64,000 bases of DNA. Origin: an uncultured Thalassospiraceae bacterium. GTDB taxonomy: Bacteria; Pseudomonadota; Alphaproteobacteria; Rhodospirillales; JAPHRK01. Shown piece by piece: positions 40,936-50,357 of the stretch (the first letter of the stretch is position 1; each line of letters begins with the position of its first letter). Location: positions 90,349 through 154,348 of the forward strand of contig CBDULT010000004.1 of the NCBI GenBank assembly GCA_965368165.1, in the 5' to 3' direction. The position numbers and the translations under genes were made by a program. The notes beneath the pieces were generated by a model. That model did not search any database, was not told the DNA's origin, and saw only the letters and a list, made by a program, of their open reading frames with translations.

Positions 40936-41610
40936 TTATTGCCCTAAAATAGCTACCAATTGGTTAGCACGAGAACGAACACCTTGCGGTGTGCTTGCAT
41001 CATCGGCGAGTTGTTTAAACATTTCCAACGCTTTGGTTTTGTCGCCAGCCTGCATTTCCAGGACAGCTAAAAGCTCTTTCGCACTGTGACGCCAAGGGCT
41101 TTTACCATCATTAAGCGGAGTAAGACGTTGTTTAATCCGGTCTCCATCAACGCTATCAGCACCGTTCATTGCCCCTAAAACCGTTGCTAGGCCGCGATAG
41201 GTTTTCGCGACACTACTATCGTCGGCGAGTTCCCAATAGACCGCTGAAGCGGCGGCTCCATCGCCTTTACGGGCCAAAATGGCGGCTTGCTGAAGTTTGG
41301 CGAGAACTTTGTATCCAGCGGTGCCTTCGTTAGCGAGCTTTGATAAAGCAACCTGGGCATCTTCCAGCTTGTTCTGTTTAACCAAAGTTGTTGCTATTGA
41401 GAGCTTTTCTGAAAGCGTCTCTTTTTGATTGAGGTCATAGGCGGTGTAACCTTGGTATCCTGCAACAATTAAAACAATACCAACGGCGGTGCCGATGATA
41501 TAATTGCCGTATTTTTTCCAAAGCGCAACTTGGCGTTCATGACGGAGGTCTTCCTCTACCTCTTTAATGAACAGGTCGCCTTCTTGGTTTTCTTCCTTAT
41601 CGGTTGCCAC
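40936..41610 (-). CDS. YfgM-like membrane-anchored TPR protein
   Basis: Acidic N-terminus, a single TM helix (YIIGTAVGIVLIVAGYQGY) and a TPR-like C-terminal domain. The yfgM-bamB-der order matches many proteobacteria. Confidence 0.7.
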   Translation of the reverse strand: MATDKEENQEGDLFIKEVEEDLRHERQVALWKKYGNYIIGTAVGIVLIVAGYQGYTAYDLNQKETLSEKLSIATTLVKQNKLEDAQVALSKLANEGTAGYKVLAKLQQAAILARKGDGAAASAVYWELADDSSVAKTYRGLATVLGAMNGADSVDGDRIKQRLTPLNDGKSPWRHSAKELLAVLEMQAGDKTKALEMFKQLADDASTPQGVRSRANQLVAILGQ

Positions 41611-41715
41611 GGATAACTCCTACACCCTTACCAGACTAAAATATACTCACATACGAGGAGAATCCCCTCATTTGGGGGCGTAAGATATACTGCCCAATTG
41701 CCAATGGCAAACCCG

Positions 41716-42267
41716 CTATTGCCATTTTATTGAACAACCCATGCTGGGAGTTTGATCTTTCGGTCCTTGCCCGGTCTTAGCAACCATTTTCATGGCATTT
41801 AACAGGTCAGGAACCGTGGCCTCATTAGGTGCGTTTATGCCTGCTGAATCCAGCCTTCCCCTATATTGAAGCTCAAGTTCTGAATTGAACCCGAAAAAAT
41901 CTGGGGTGCAGATCGCCTCATAGGCTTTCGCCGTGTTTTGTGTATTATCAATGGTGTAGGGGAAGTTAAAGCCATGTTCTTTGGCAAACAGTTTCATGTT
42001 CTCAAATGAATCAGCCGGATATTGCTCTGGATCGTTGGGGCTGATGGCGATTACACCAATATCCATTTTATGTAAGGCCGTCGCCATATGAGGAAGCCGC
42101 GCTGCAATTGCTTTTACATAAGGGCAATGATTACAGATAAACATTACAAGCAGGCCGTTGGGCTTGAGGACTTTTTTGAGGGGATAGCTTTCCCCATCAA
42201 CACCGGAAAGCTCAAAATCAATCGCTTTCCATCCAAAGTCACAAATTGGTGTTTTTTTTAATGCCAT
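41716..42267 (-). CDS. Thioredoxin-fold thiol-disulfide oxidoreductase / redoxin family protein
   Basis: CNHCP (CxxC) motif in a FICNHCPYV context. AhpC/TSA-like size. Confidence 0.7.
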   Translation of the reverse strand: MALKKTPICDFGWKAIDFELSGVDGESYPLKKVLKPNGLLVMFICNHCPYVKAIAARLPHMATALHKMDIGVIAISPNDPEQYPADSFENMKLFAKEHGFNFPYTIDNTQNTAKAYEAICTPDFFGFNSELELQYRGRLDSAGINAPNEATVPDLLNAMKMVAKTGQGPKDQTPSMGCSIKWQ

Positions 42268-42358
42268 ATTCTTTCTCTTTTATACCCTTCTTTAAGGACT
42301 CGCTTTTAGAATAACCGAAAATGGTGCAATTGTCTTTTTTTGGATTGGTCTTACTCAG

Positions 42359-42721
42359 ATGTTAAGTTTAGTCAAAAACTTCTCTGTTCTTGCTTGCTTG
42401 GTATTTTTTGTCGGCTGTACAACAGCGCCAAATTCCCTTGTCGTTGGAGGCGGGCAAATGGCGCCTTTGGCGGCACTTGAAGGGGCTTCGGCGATTGTGA
42501 CTGATAAAACAATTACCGATCACATTGTCTCTATCGCCAGTGGTAAAAACTGCTCTACGGTTCGAACCGAACGGGGGCTGTATTATTGTGAAGAAGACGA
42601 GCCAAAAGGGGAAACTCGGGTTTATTGCTATAAAACCATTGGTGCGGTGACCTGTTATGATCGCCCCCGTGATGACGCAACTTTGTTAGAAGACAACTCC
42701 GCCCCAATGATCCGTCGTTAA
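42359..42721 (+). CDS. Hypothetical lipoprotein
   Basis: Signal peptide with lipobox FFVGC, plus four further Cys. 6-nt gap to the next gene. Confidence 0.5.
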   Translation: MLSLVKNFSVLACLVFFVGCTTAPNSLVVGGGQMAPLAALEGASAIVTDKTITDHIVSIASGKNCSTVRTERGLYYCEEDEPKGETRVYCYKTIGAVTCYDRPRDDATLLEDNSAPMIRR

Positions 42722-42727
42722 GTTTTC

Positions 42728-43438
42728 ATGAAGGGTCTTATTCTCGCAACATTTGTCTCGTTTCTTGTTGCTTTCGGAACCCTTTGGTTCGGCTTTATGG
42801 ACGACGGGGGACCGGATATTGAATCTATCCTCCTAACCGAACGCTCCCAAATTATCCAAGCTTTAAAGAAAAAAGCTGAGCAAGGGGACGCCCAGGCTCA
42901 TTACGACCTCGCAGTTCGCTACCGGAAGGGCGATGGTGTCTTTAAAGATGATAATACGGCCTTTAAACATTTTAAAAAATCAGCAGAGCTGGGCCATGTG
43001 AAAGGCCAAGTAGAAACCGGGTACGCCTATGAAAGCCGATTAGGTGTCAAACGGTCCTATGCCAAGGCTGCGGCCTGGTATCGGGTTGCGGCAAGGCTTG
43101 GTAAAAACCCTGAAGCCCAATTTTATTTAGGGCTTATGCATTTCAGAGGGCAGGGGGTTGAGCATGATTTCTCCCTTGCACATCGGTTATTTAATCTATC
43201 AGCCAAGCAAGGCCATGCAGGGGCCGAGTTTTTCCTTGCGGCGATGTATGAAGATGGCTGGGGAGTGCCAAAAGACGTCATCAAAGCGTACATTTATTAT
43301 ACCCGCGCCATGAAACAACCTGAGCTCTCCCGTGCGATTGATCTCAAATATGATCCAGAAAAAATGCGCGCAAAATTAGAGAAAAAAATGACCCGCGCCG
43401 AACTGCAAGAAGCTCGCCGGAAAGCAGGGGTTAAATGA
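42728..43438 (+). CDS. Sel1-like repeat protein (membrane-anchored)
   Basis: N-terminal hydrophobic helix, then about 5 Sel1 repeats (AQ..LG..Y..G.GV..D...A..WY..AA..G). Confidence 0.75.
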   Translation: MKGLILATFVSFLVAFGTLWFGFMDDGGPDIESILLTERSQIIQALKKKAEQGDAQAHYDLAVRYRKGDGVFKDDNTAFKHFKKSAELGHVKGQVETGYAYESRLGVKRSYAKAAAWYRVAARLGKNPEAQFYLGLMHFRGQGVEHDFSLAHRLFNLSAKQGHAGAEFFLAAMYEDGWGVPKDVIKAYIYYTRAMKQPELSRAIDLKYDPEKMRAKLEKKMTRAELQEARRKAGVK

Positions 43439-43517
43439 CCTGCTCTGAAAAAAACAACCGATAAATTAAGAAGATTACCTCTCGTACGTAAAGGCGTTGA
43501 CAGGGGGGTGAGATACT

Positions 43518-43561
43518 CTATGTATTTCGTTATGATAATAATAGCATAGCGAAATACATAG
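43518..43561 (+). promoter_or_regulatory. 44-bp near-perfect palindrome (Mo-box / ModE-operator-like) overlapping the putative modA-like promoter
   Basis: Arms CTATGTATTTCGTTATG and CATAGCGAAATACATAG (17 bp, 1 mismatch) are separated by 10 nt. The core is CGTTAT-N12-ATAGCG (43528..43551). TTGACA at 43497..43502 lies 16-17 nt upstream of TATGTA. The downstream gene starts at 43585. Confidence 0.5.
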
Positions 43562-43584
43562 ACGTTATAAATTCAGGAGCAAAA

Positions 43585-44397
43585 ATGACGAAAAAAACCT
43601 ATTTGGCCCTCGCGGCAGCAACTCTTATTGTTTCATCTCACGCACAGGCAAGCCAACCAATAAGCCTTTATGCGGCTGGTAGTCTTAAAGCAGCCCTGAG
43701 TGATGTTGTTGGTTCTTATGAGGCTAAGTACGCCAAGCCTGTCGCTAAAACTTTTGGTCCCTCAGGTTTGTTGAGAAAGCGGATTGAAAAAGGTGAAAAA
43801 GCCCAAGTATTTGCTTCCGCAAATATGAAGCACCCCAAAACGCTGGCTTCCAACGGTAAGGGGGGGCCTGTTGCTTTATTTTCGCGCAATAAATTGTGTG
43901 CCTTGTCGCAAGGTGCGGTCCCGCTTACAGAGGGCAACCTGCTGCAGACATTGCTTGATCCAACAATTAGACTCGGTACCTCGACGCCTAAGGCCGATCC
44001 ATCGGGTGATTATGCCTGGCAGCTTTTTGCTAAATCTGATGCTGTTTTAAAAGGCTCACGTGCTAAGCTTGAGGCAAAAGCCCTAAAACTAACCGGTGGC
44101 CCCACTTCGGCAAAAGCCCCAAAAGGGCGAAATCAATATGGCTGGGTCATGGAAAACAACAAAGCTGATGTCTTCCTCACCTACTGCACCAATGCAATCT
44201 TGGCACAAAAACAAGTGCCCTCCCTCAAGGTGGTGCAAATTCCGGAAAACTTAAGTGTTGGTGCTGATTACGGTTTGATCGTGCTTGATAATAAGAATGC
44301 TGATGCTTGGCATTTTGCTTTTTATATCCTGTCGGAAGACAGCCAAAAAATCCTTGCGAATTACGGCTTTAAAGCATCTGCCATTTCCACAAAATAG
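43585..44397 (+). CDS. ModA-like periplasmic molybdate/tungstate-binding protein (no adjacent permease or ATPase)
   Basis: Signal peptide. SLYAAGSLKAAL...FGPSG.L...I..G..A.VFASAN fits the ModA/PBP2 pattern (AAaSL...FgaSg.L..QI..Ga..DvF.SA). Confidence 0.7.
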   Translation: MTKKTYLALAAATLIVSSHAQASQPISLYAAGSLKAALSDVVGSYEAKYAKPVAKTFGPSGLLRKRIEKGEKAQVFASANMKHPKTLASNGKGGPVALFSRNKLCALSQGAVPLTEGNLLQTLLDPTIRLGTSTPKADPSGDYAWQLFAKSDAVLKGSRAKLEAKALKLTGGPTSAKAPKGRNQYGWVMENNKADVFLTYCTNAILAQKQVPSLKVVQIPENLSVGADYGLIVLDNKNADAWHFAFYILSEDSQKILANYGFKASAISTK

Positions 44398-44453
44398 GTG
44401 AATGTCTAATTTGGACGACAGTCTACTAGCCATTCTCAAGCAGAATTAACAAT

Positions 44454-44501
44454 ATGAGCCGATGATTTATCCACCTTATTCATCGGCTCATTTTTATTTT
44501 T
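44454..44501 (+). terminator. Rho-independent terminator after the modA-like gene
   Basis: ATGAGCCGATGA, a 14-nt loop, TCATCGGCTCAT (12-bp perfect stem), then TTTTATTTTT. The tail overlaps the stop codon of the convergent SDR gene. Confidence 0.8.
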
Positions 44502-45210
44502 CTAACCGAACCACAACACCTTGCTTGTCATAGCTGGCTTCAGCCATTTCTACGAAAGCATCGGTTTTTTCTTCTGGCATTTTTAGGGTCATGGGGTCTT
44601 CACCTGGATAGGCGAGTTCGCGCATGCGGGTTCTGGTTTTCCCAGGGTCAATCAAGTTGGCTCTGATCTTGGTTTTGGCATTTTCAGCCGCATAGATTTG
44701 CACCATATGCTCCAGGGCCATTTTACTGACGGCGTAAGCAGACCAATAGGCGCGGGGGCCTTTGGTCGTGCCGGAACTAAGGAAAATAGCCCGTCCGGCC
44801 TCTGATAATTTGAGCAAAGGGTCCATGCTGCGAAGCAGACGATAGTTTGCCGTCAGGTTGGTGCCAATGACCTTGTCCCAAATGCGCGGTTCAAGATGAG
44901 AGATGGGGGTCATATCCCCTAAGAACCCAGCATTACCGACCAGAATATCCAGCTTGCCAAACCGTTCGAAAATAGCGGCTCCGGTGAGATCGATCTTATC
45001 GAAGTCGGTTAAATCCATGGGCAGTAAGGTTGCCTGACCACCGCCAGCCCGAATTTCATCATCAACCTCTTCGAGGGCCGCTTGGCTTTTTGCGGTCAGA
45101 ATGACGTGGGCACCTTCTTGGGCGTACCGTTTGGCTATGGCTGCCCCCATACCCCGTGAGGCACCCGTAACAAAAGCAATGCGGCCTTCTAGACGCTTAA
45201 TTGTCGACAT
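44494..45210 (-). CDS. Short-chain dehydrogenase/reductase (SDR)
   Basis: TGASRGMGAAIA cofactor motif and YAVSK catalytic motif. ATG 45210 lies 4 nt after the purF stop. The longest ORF starts at 45261. Confidence 0.85.
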   Translation of the reverse strand: MSTIKRLEGRIAFVTGASRGMGAAIAKRYAQEGAHVILTAKSQAALEEVDDEIRAGGGQATLLPMDLTDFDKIDLTGAAIFERFGKLDILVGNAGFLGDMTPISHLEPRIWDKVIGTNLTANYRLLRSMDPLLKLSEAGRAIFLSSGTTKGPRAYWSAYAVSKMALEHMVQIYAAENAKTKIRANLIDPGKTRTRMRELAYPGEDPMTLKMPEEKTDAFVEMAEASYDKQGVVVRLEK

Positions 45211-45214
45211 CTGA

Positions 45215-46684
45215 TTAATCCCGCTCTGACAGAAGAGAAAGTTGAGTCGCGCTATTGCCACCCTCTTTATCGGTCAAGTTGGTGGGATATCCCCCCGTGA
45301 AGCAGGCATCACAAAATTGGGGGCAATCAGCATTCCTTTTTTGCTCTCCAACAGCTCTATAGAGACCTTCTATCGAGATATATTGGAGGGAATCAACACC
45401 GATTTGCTTCGCCATTTCAGGGATGGACATCTGCGCTGCCATCAAGTCTTCACGCTCTGGGGTATCAATACCGTAATAACAGGAATAGGCTGTTGGCGGA
45501 CTGGAGATACACAGGTGAACCTCGGTGGCACCTGCGGCACGAACCATATCGGCAATCTTCATTGAAGTTGTGCCGCGAACAATGGAGTCATCAACCAGGA
45601 TGACTCGTTTGCCAGCAATTTTGGCCCGGTTGGCATTGTGTTTTAGTTTCACACCAAAGTTACGGATTTCTTGACCCGGTTCAATAAAGGTACGTCCCAC
45701 GTAGTGATTACGAATGATGCCCAGTTCGAACGGAATCCCAGAAGCTTCTGCATAACCAATAGCGGCAGGAACGCCGGAATCAGGAACCGGGACCACCATA
45801 TCGGCTTCAATTTTGCTCTCGCGGGAGAGTTCTTCGCCAATGGCTTTGCGCACGTTGTAAACATTTTTGTCTTCAAGCACGCTGTCTGGACGAGCGAAGT
45901 AAATATATTCAAAAATACAGAAGCGGCTGGGGACGGGGGCGAAAGGTTTGATGCTGTGAAGGCCATCTTTATTGATCACCACAATTTCACCGGGTTCGAC
46001 ATCACGGATGAAATCGGCACCAATAATATCAAGAGCACAGGTTTCAGACGCCAGAATATATGAGTCTCCGACTTTGCCAAGAACCAGCGGCCGAACCCCG
46101 TGAGGGTCGCGAACACCAATGACGGAATCTTCGGTCAAAGCAACAAGGGAATAAGCTCCTTCTACTTGGCGTAGGGCATCAACAAGGCGGTCGACGACAG
46201 ATGAATAAAGGCTAATGGCAACCAGATGAATAATGATTTCCGTATCCATGGTGGATTGGAAAATACAGCCCCGTTTAATCAATGTTTTGCGCAGGGTTTG
46301 AGTATTGGTGAGGTTGCCGTTGTGGCCAATGGCCAGGCCGCCAAAATCAAATTCGGCAAAGATCGGCTGGACGTTGCGAAGCAGGGTGCCGCCTGTTGTC
46401 GAATAGCGCACGTGCCCAATGGCATTGGGACCAGATAAATCGCTGATCACACCTTCGGAGTTGAAGTTGTCTCCCACATGCCCCAAGGCCTTATGACTGT
46501 GGAATTGACCGTCTCCCACCGTGACGACACCAGCGGCTTCTTGCCCGCGATGTTGCAAGGCATGAAGCCCAAGAGCCGTATTGGCTGAGGCTTCATCATG
46601 GCCAAAAATTCCAAAAATTCCACACTCTTCATGCAATTTATCATCATCAAAAGGGTGTGCTTTAAAAGGGGGCATGTTGAGCAT
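45215..46684 (-). CDS. purF: Amidophosphoribosyltransferase
   Basis: N-terminal nucleophile CGIFGIFG after a short propeptide. PRPP motif VILVDDSIVRGTT. Confidence 0.96.
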   Translation of the reverse strand: MLNMPPFKAHPFDDDKLHEECGIFGIFGHDEASANTALGLHALQHRGQEAAGVVTVGDGQFHSHKALGHVGDNFNSEGVISDLSGPNAIGHVRYSTTGGTLLRNVQPIFAEFDFGGLAIGHNGNLTNTQTLRKTLIKRGCIFQSTMDTEIIIHLVAISLYSSVVDRLVDALRQVEGAYSLVALTEDSVIGVRDPHGVRPLVLGKVGDSYILASETCALDIIGADFIRDVEPGEIVVINKDGLHSIKPFAPVPSRFCIFEYIYFARPDSVLEDKNVYNVRKAIGEELSRESKIEADMVVPVPDSGVPAAIGYAEASGIPFELGIIRNHYVGRTFIEPGQEIRNFGVKLKHNANRAKIAGKRVILVDDSIVRGTTSMKIADMVRAAGATEVHLCISSPPTAYSCYYGIDTPEREDLMAAQMSIPEMAKQIGVDSLQYISIEGLYRAVGEQKRNADCPQFCDACFTGGYPTNLTDKEGGNSATQLSLLSERD

Positions 46685-46690
46685 AGTTTT

Positions 46691-47365
46691 CTATTGGCTT
46701 CCGTCGATAAGGCGTTCCATGTCCTGACGTTCACGGCTGTTATAGCTGCCGTCAGGGCGGTTGGTGCCTTTCGCTTGAGGGGAGGGTTGTAAGAATTCTT
46801 TGAGCACTTTTTGTGCGTCAATGGTTTGTGAGGCTTTTTCCTGGGCATCTTTTGCGGCTTGTATACCACTATCGGCGGCATCTTCAGGAATTAAGGACAT
46901 GAAGGCCCCGGCACCTTCGCGCAGGATGGGCATGGCCTTGGCATCCTGAACCCAGGCAGGTTGTTGGTTCGAAGGGACCATCTTTTCAAAGACACCATAG
47001 GCACCGAAAACACCGACAACAGCGATAGCAATTCCCGCAAGCATACCAAGAGATCGGTCCAAAGCATTAAGTCGACTGTTACGGACCCATGAGCCAATAA
47101 AGGACCCCATGAGGGTGAAGACGGTTAAAGCAATAATAAAAACCACAACGCCAGCCGCTATATCTGCCATCCATTCGGCTTCGATATATTGGCGTGCATA
47201 AGGGCGCGCAAAGGGAAAACCATATAGAGTGGCAAAAGCTGCCCCTGCCCAGGAAATAATGTACAGGCTGCTTTTGACAAATCCTGACGACAGTCCAATG
47301 AGGGCAGATAGGATGAGGACGACGATTAGTCCTAGATCGAGAATGTTAATGGGCAGGCTGTCCAT
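46691..47365 (-). CDS. cvpA: CvpA-family membrane protein (colicin V production protein)
   Basis: N-terminal INILDLGLIVVLILSALIGL..GF, 4 TM helices, conserved position upstream of purF. Confidence 0.8.
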   Translation of the reverse strand: MDSLPINILDLGLIVVLILSALIGLSSGFVKSSLYIISWAGAAFATLYGFPFARPYARQYIEAEWMADIAAGVVVFIIALTVFTLMGSFIGSWVRNSRLNALDRSLGMLAGIAIAVVGVFGAYGVFEKMVPSNQQPAWVQDAKAMPILREGAGAFMSLIPEDAADSGIQAAKDAQEKASQTIDAQKVLKEFLQPSPQAKGTNRPDGSYNSRERQDMERLIDGSQ

Positions 47366-47383
47366 TTTACGCTCTGTGCTCGT

Positions 47384-48793
47384 CTAATTAAGTGTTGCTG
47401 GTTTGGCTTCCGGGGACCGTTCCTGGAAGATTTCCACCAAATCCTGGAGGTGGCTGAGTTCTATCACGTCAATTCCTCCACTGCTACCCGGTTTTCGTCT
47501 TCCTTTTGTCTTTCGTTTGGTTCGAGGGATAATTGCTTTGGTGAACCCGAGTTTTTCGGCCTCTTTTAAACGGGCATCCATTTGCCCTACAGGTCTGATT
47601 TCGCCTGATAATCCGAGCTCTCCGAAGATCACCGTTTCAGCAGGAACAGGCAGATCATAAAGGGCTGAAACGAGAGAGGAGGCGACCGCTAAATCTGCCG
47701 CTGGTTCATTAATCCGCAGCCCTCCGGCAACATTTAGATACACATCGTTACCAGAGAGGGCGATTCCGCAACGAGATTCCAGCACGGCCATAATCATAGC
47801 GAGGCGATTGTTATCCCACCCAACAACCGAGCGGCGTGGGGATGCAAGAGCCGATGGTGCCAGCAAAGATTGGATTTCCACTAACAAAGGGCGGGTGCCT
47901 TCCATGCCAGCAAAAACAGCCGCTCCACTGACTTCGCCTTCCCGATCGGCAAGGAACAGAGCCGAAGGATTAGCGATTTCTGCCAACCCTTTTTCAGTCA
48001 TTTCAAAAACGCCGATTTCATCGGTGGGGCCAAAACGATTTTTAACGGCTCTCAGGATGCGGAATTGGTGCCCTCGGTCGCCTTCAAAATAGAGAACCGT
48101 ATCGACCATATGTTCAAGGATTCGAGGGCCGGCGATTTGCCCTTCTTTGGTCACATGTCCGACCAAAACCAGGGTAAAGCCTTTGCGTTTAGCGAGACGG
48201 ATTAATTCTTGGGCAGATGTGCGGACTTGAGAAACTGAGCCGGGGGCTGAATCAACGCTATCCACGTACATTGTTTGGATGGAATCGATAATCACCACAG
48301 CCGGGGCGTCGTTGTCTTCTAATGTCGCGCAAATGTCCCGGACGTTGGTTGCAGCAGCAAGTTCGACCGGGGCATTCTCTAATTCTAGTCGTTTGGCTCG
48401 CATGCGCACCTGGTCAATCGACTCTTCACCTGAGACGTAAGCGCATTTATTAGATTTTGAGAGGAGGCCCGTCACTTGGAGCAGCAAGGTGGATTTGCCT
48501 ATGCCAGGGTCACCGCCAACTAGAATGGCAGAGCCAGGAACCAGTCCTCCCCCACAAACCCGATCGAACTCTTGAATGTTGGATACTCGGCGGGGGACGG
48601 GTTTTGATTCACCTGACAAGCCAACGAAGTCAATCTTATTGCCTTTTTTAATCCCCATGCCTTTGGGTACGGCCTCCGGGGCGGCTTCTTCAGCGAGGCT
48701 ATTCCAGGCGTTGCAGTTATCGCACTTGCCTGCCCATTTAGTGTAGCTGGTGCCGCACTCCTGGCAGACGTAACGTGTTGTGGGTTTTGCCAA
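47384..48793 (-). CDS. radA: DNA repair protein RadA/Sms
   Basis: Zinc finger CQECGTSYTKWAGKCDNCNAW, Walker A GDPGIGKST, KNRFG motif, Lon-like C-terminal domain. Confidence 0.96.
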   Translation of the reverse strand: MAKPTTRYVCQECGTSYTKWAGKCDNCNAWNSLAEEAAPEAVPKGMGIKKGNKIDFVGLSGESKPVPRRVSNIQEFDRVCGGGLVPGSAILVGGDPGIGKSTLLLQVTGLLSKSNKCAYVSGEESIDQVRMRAKRLELENAPVELAAATNVRDICATLEDNDAPAVVIIDSIQTMYVDSVDSAPGSVSQVRTSAQELIRLAKRKGFTLVLVGHVTKEGQIAGPRILEHMVDTVLYFEGDRGHQFRILRAVKNRFGPTDEIGVFEMTEKGLAEIANPSALFLADREGEVSGAAVFAGMEGTRPLLVEIQSLLAPSALASPRRSVVGWDNNRLAMIMAVLESRCGIALSGNDVYLNVAGGLRINEPAADLAVASSLVSALYDLPVPAETVIFGELGLSGEIRPVGQMDARLKEAEKLGFTKAIIPRTKRKTKGRRKPGSSGGIDVIELSHLQDLVEIFQERSPEAKPATLN

Positions 48794-48794
48794 G

Positions 48795-49571
48795 TTAGGC
48801 TCTCACTGTCATTTCGATGGGGCCATCGGCGTGACCATTAATGAACTGGTCTACATAAGGGTTGCCGCTGTTATCAATTTCAGAAGCTGGGCCTTGCCAG
48901 ATAATTTTACCTTCATAAAGCATGGCGATCCGGTCGGCAATTTTGCGAGCACTTGCCATGTCGTGGGTGATGGAAAGGGCGGTGGCACCCACTTCCCGTA
49001 CACATTTAACAATCAGATCGTTGATGACATCGGCCATGATAGGGTCTAGGCCGGTGGTGGGTTCGTCAAAGAAAATAATTTCAGGGTCGCCTGCAATGGC
49101 ACGGGCCAAGCCGACACGTTTTTGCATGCCACCGGAAAGTTCAGAAGGAGATAAGTCGCCCACTTCTGGGGGCATGCCAACTTGCGCCAGCTTTTGCTGG
49201 GCAATTACTTTGGCTTCTTCACGGGTACATTTTTTTTCCGCCAAAAGACCAAACGCCACGTTCTCCCATACAGGAAGGCTATCAAATAAAGCCCCCCCTT
49301 GGAAAAGCATGCCAAACTTGCGGTTAATACGGTCACGGTTTCTTTGGCTGATATTCACCACCGACTCGCCATCGACTTCAACCGTCCCTTGGTCAGGGTG
49401 AAGGAGGCCAAGAATAGATTTCAATGTGACCGATTTACCTGTGCCGGACCCGCCGATGATCACCACCGACTCACCAACCCCGACCTCTAAATCTAAGCCG
49501 TTAAGAACCACCTTGGACCCAAAAGCCTTGTGGACATTAGTCATTTTAATTTTTGGTGTCTTATCGGTCAT
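48795..49571 (-). CDS. mlaF: MlaF-like ABC transporter ATP-binding protein
   Basis: Walker A GGSGTGKS, signature LSGGMQKRV, Walker B IIFFDEPTTGLD. MlaF/Ttg2A-like length and C-terminus. Confidence 0.8.
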   Translation of the reverse strand: MTDKTPKIKMTNVHKAFGSKVVLNGLDLEVGVGESVVIIGGSGTGKSVTLKSILGLLHPDQGTVEVDGESVVNISQRNRDRINRKFGMLFQGGALFDSLPVWENVAFGLLAEKKCTREEAKVIAQQKLAQVGMPPEVGDLSPSELSGGMQKRVGLARAIAGDPEIIFFDEPTTGLDPIMADVINDLIVKCVREVGATALSITHDMASARKIADRIAMLYEGKIIWQGPASEIDNSGNPYVDQFINGHADGPIEMTVRA

Positions 49572-49580
49572 ATCTATGGG

Positions 49581-50357
49581 TTACTTTCCAGCAAAGAAAA
49601 GTTCGGTGAGGATATAGTCGAAGCAGAGAATGAGGATTGAGGCCGACACCACCGCATTGGTCGTTGCTGCCCCTACGCCTTGAGCACCGCCTTTAGAATT
49701 GTAGCCATGGTAACAGCCCATCAAGGTGATCAAAAAGCCAAAGACCCCGGCTTTAACCAAACCTGAAACCACATCCATAAATTCCATAAAGTCATAGGTG
49801 CTTTTAAGATAGACCTCAGGAACAAATCCTAATTTATAGGTGGCGACCAAATAGCCGCCAAAGATACCAATGATATCTCCGATTAAAACCAGCGGCGGCA
49901 AGACGATTAGCCCGGCAAGAATACGTGGAGCCACTAAATACTTCATGGGGTTGGTCGAAAGGGTGGTCAAGGCGTCGATTTGTTCGGTCACCCGCATGGT
50001 GCCAATCTCAGCCGCCATAGAGGCACCAATGCGCCCGGCAACCATCAAACCTGCCAAAACGGGGGCTAATTCGCGGGTAATGGCGAGAACCACCACATTG
50101 GCAACGGCGCCTTCTGCTGAGAAACGCGAAACCCCTGTGTAAGTCTGCAAAACCAAAACCATGCCCGTGAACAAGGTGGTTAAGCCAATCACCGGGAGAG
50201 AATAAAATCCAATCTCAATCATTTGCCGCAGGACCATGCGCGGATAGAAGGGGGGACGAAAACAATGGGACAGGGCGACGGCAGCAAAGATTGCTAATCG
50301 TCCGCAGGTCGCTAAGAACTTAATAAAAGTCCGTCCAATAGGTTGGAGAAAATTCAT
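49581..50357 (-). CDS. mlaE: MlaE-family ABC transporter permease
   Basis: 258 aa with 5-6 TM helices. The conserved ..TRELAPVL..L..AGR.G....AEIG.M.V.EQIDAL... block is typical of MlaE/Ttg2B. Confidence 0.8.
   Translation of the reverse strand: MNFLQPIGRTFIKFLATCGRLAIFAAVALSHCFRPPFYPRMVLRQMIEIGFYSLPVIGLTTLFTGMVLVLQTYTGVSRFSAEGAVANVVVLAITRELAPVLAGLMVAGRIGASMAAEIGTMRVTEQIDALTTLSTNPMKYLVAPRILAGLIVLPPLVLIGDIIGIFGGYLVATYKLGFVPEVYLKSTYDFMEFMDVVSGLVKAGVFGFLITLMGCYHGYNSKGGAQGVGAATTNAVVSASILILCFDYILTELFFAGK

Noticed and set aside
46447-46881. A 144-aa minus-strand ORF bridging the purF start and the cvpA end.
   Set aside because: It is out of frame with both well-supported genes and would overlap both. 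Basic low-complexity sequence.
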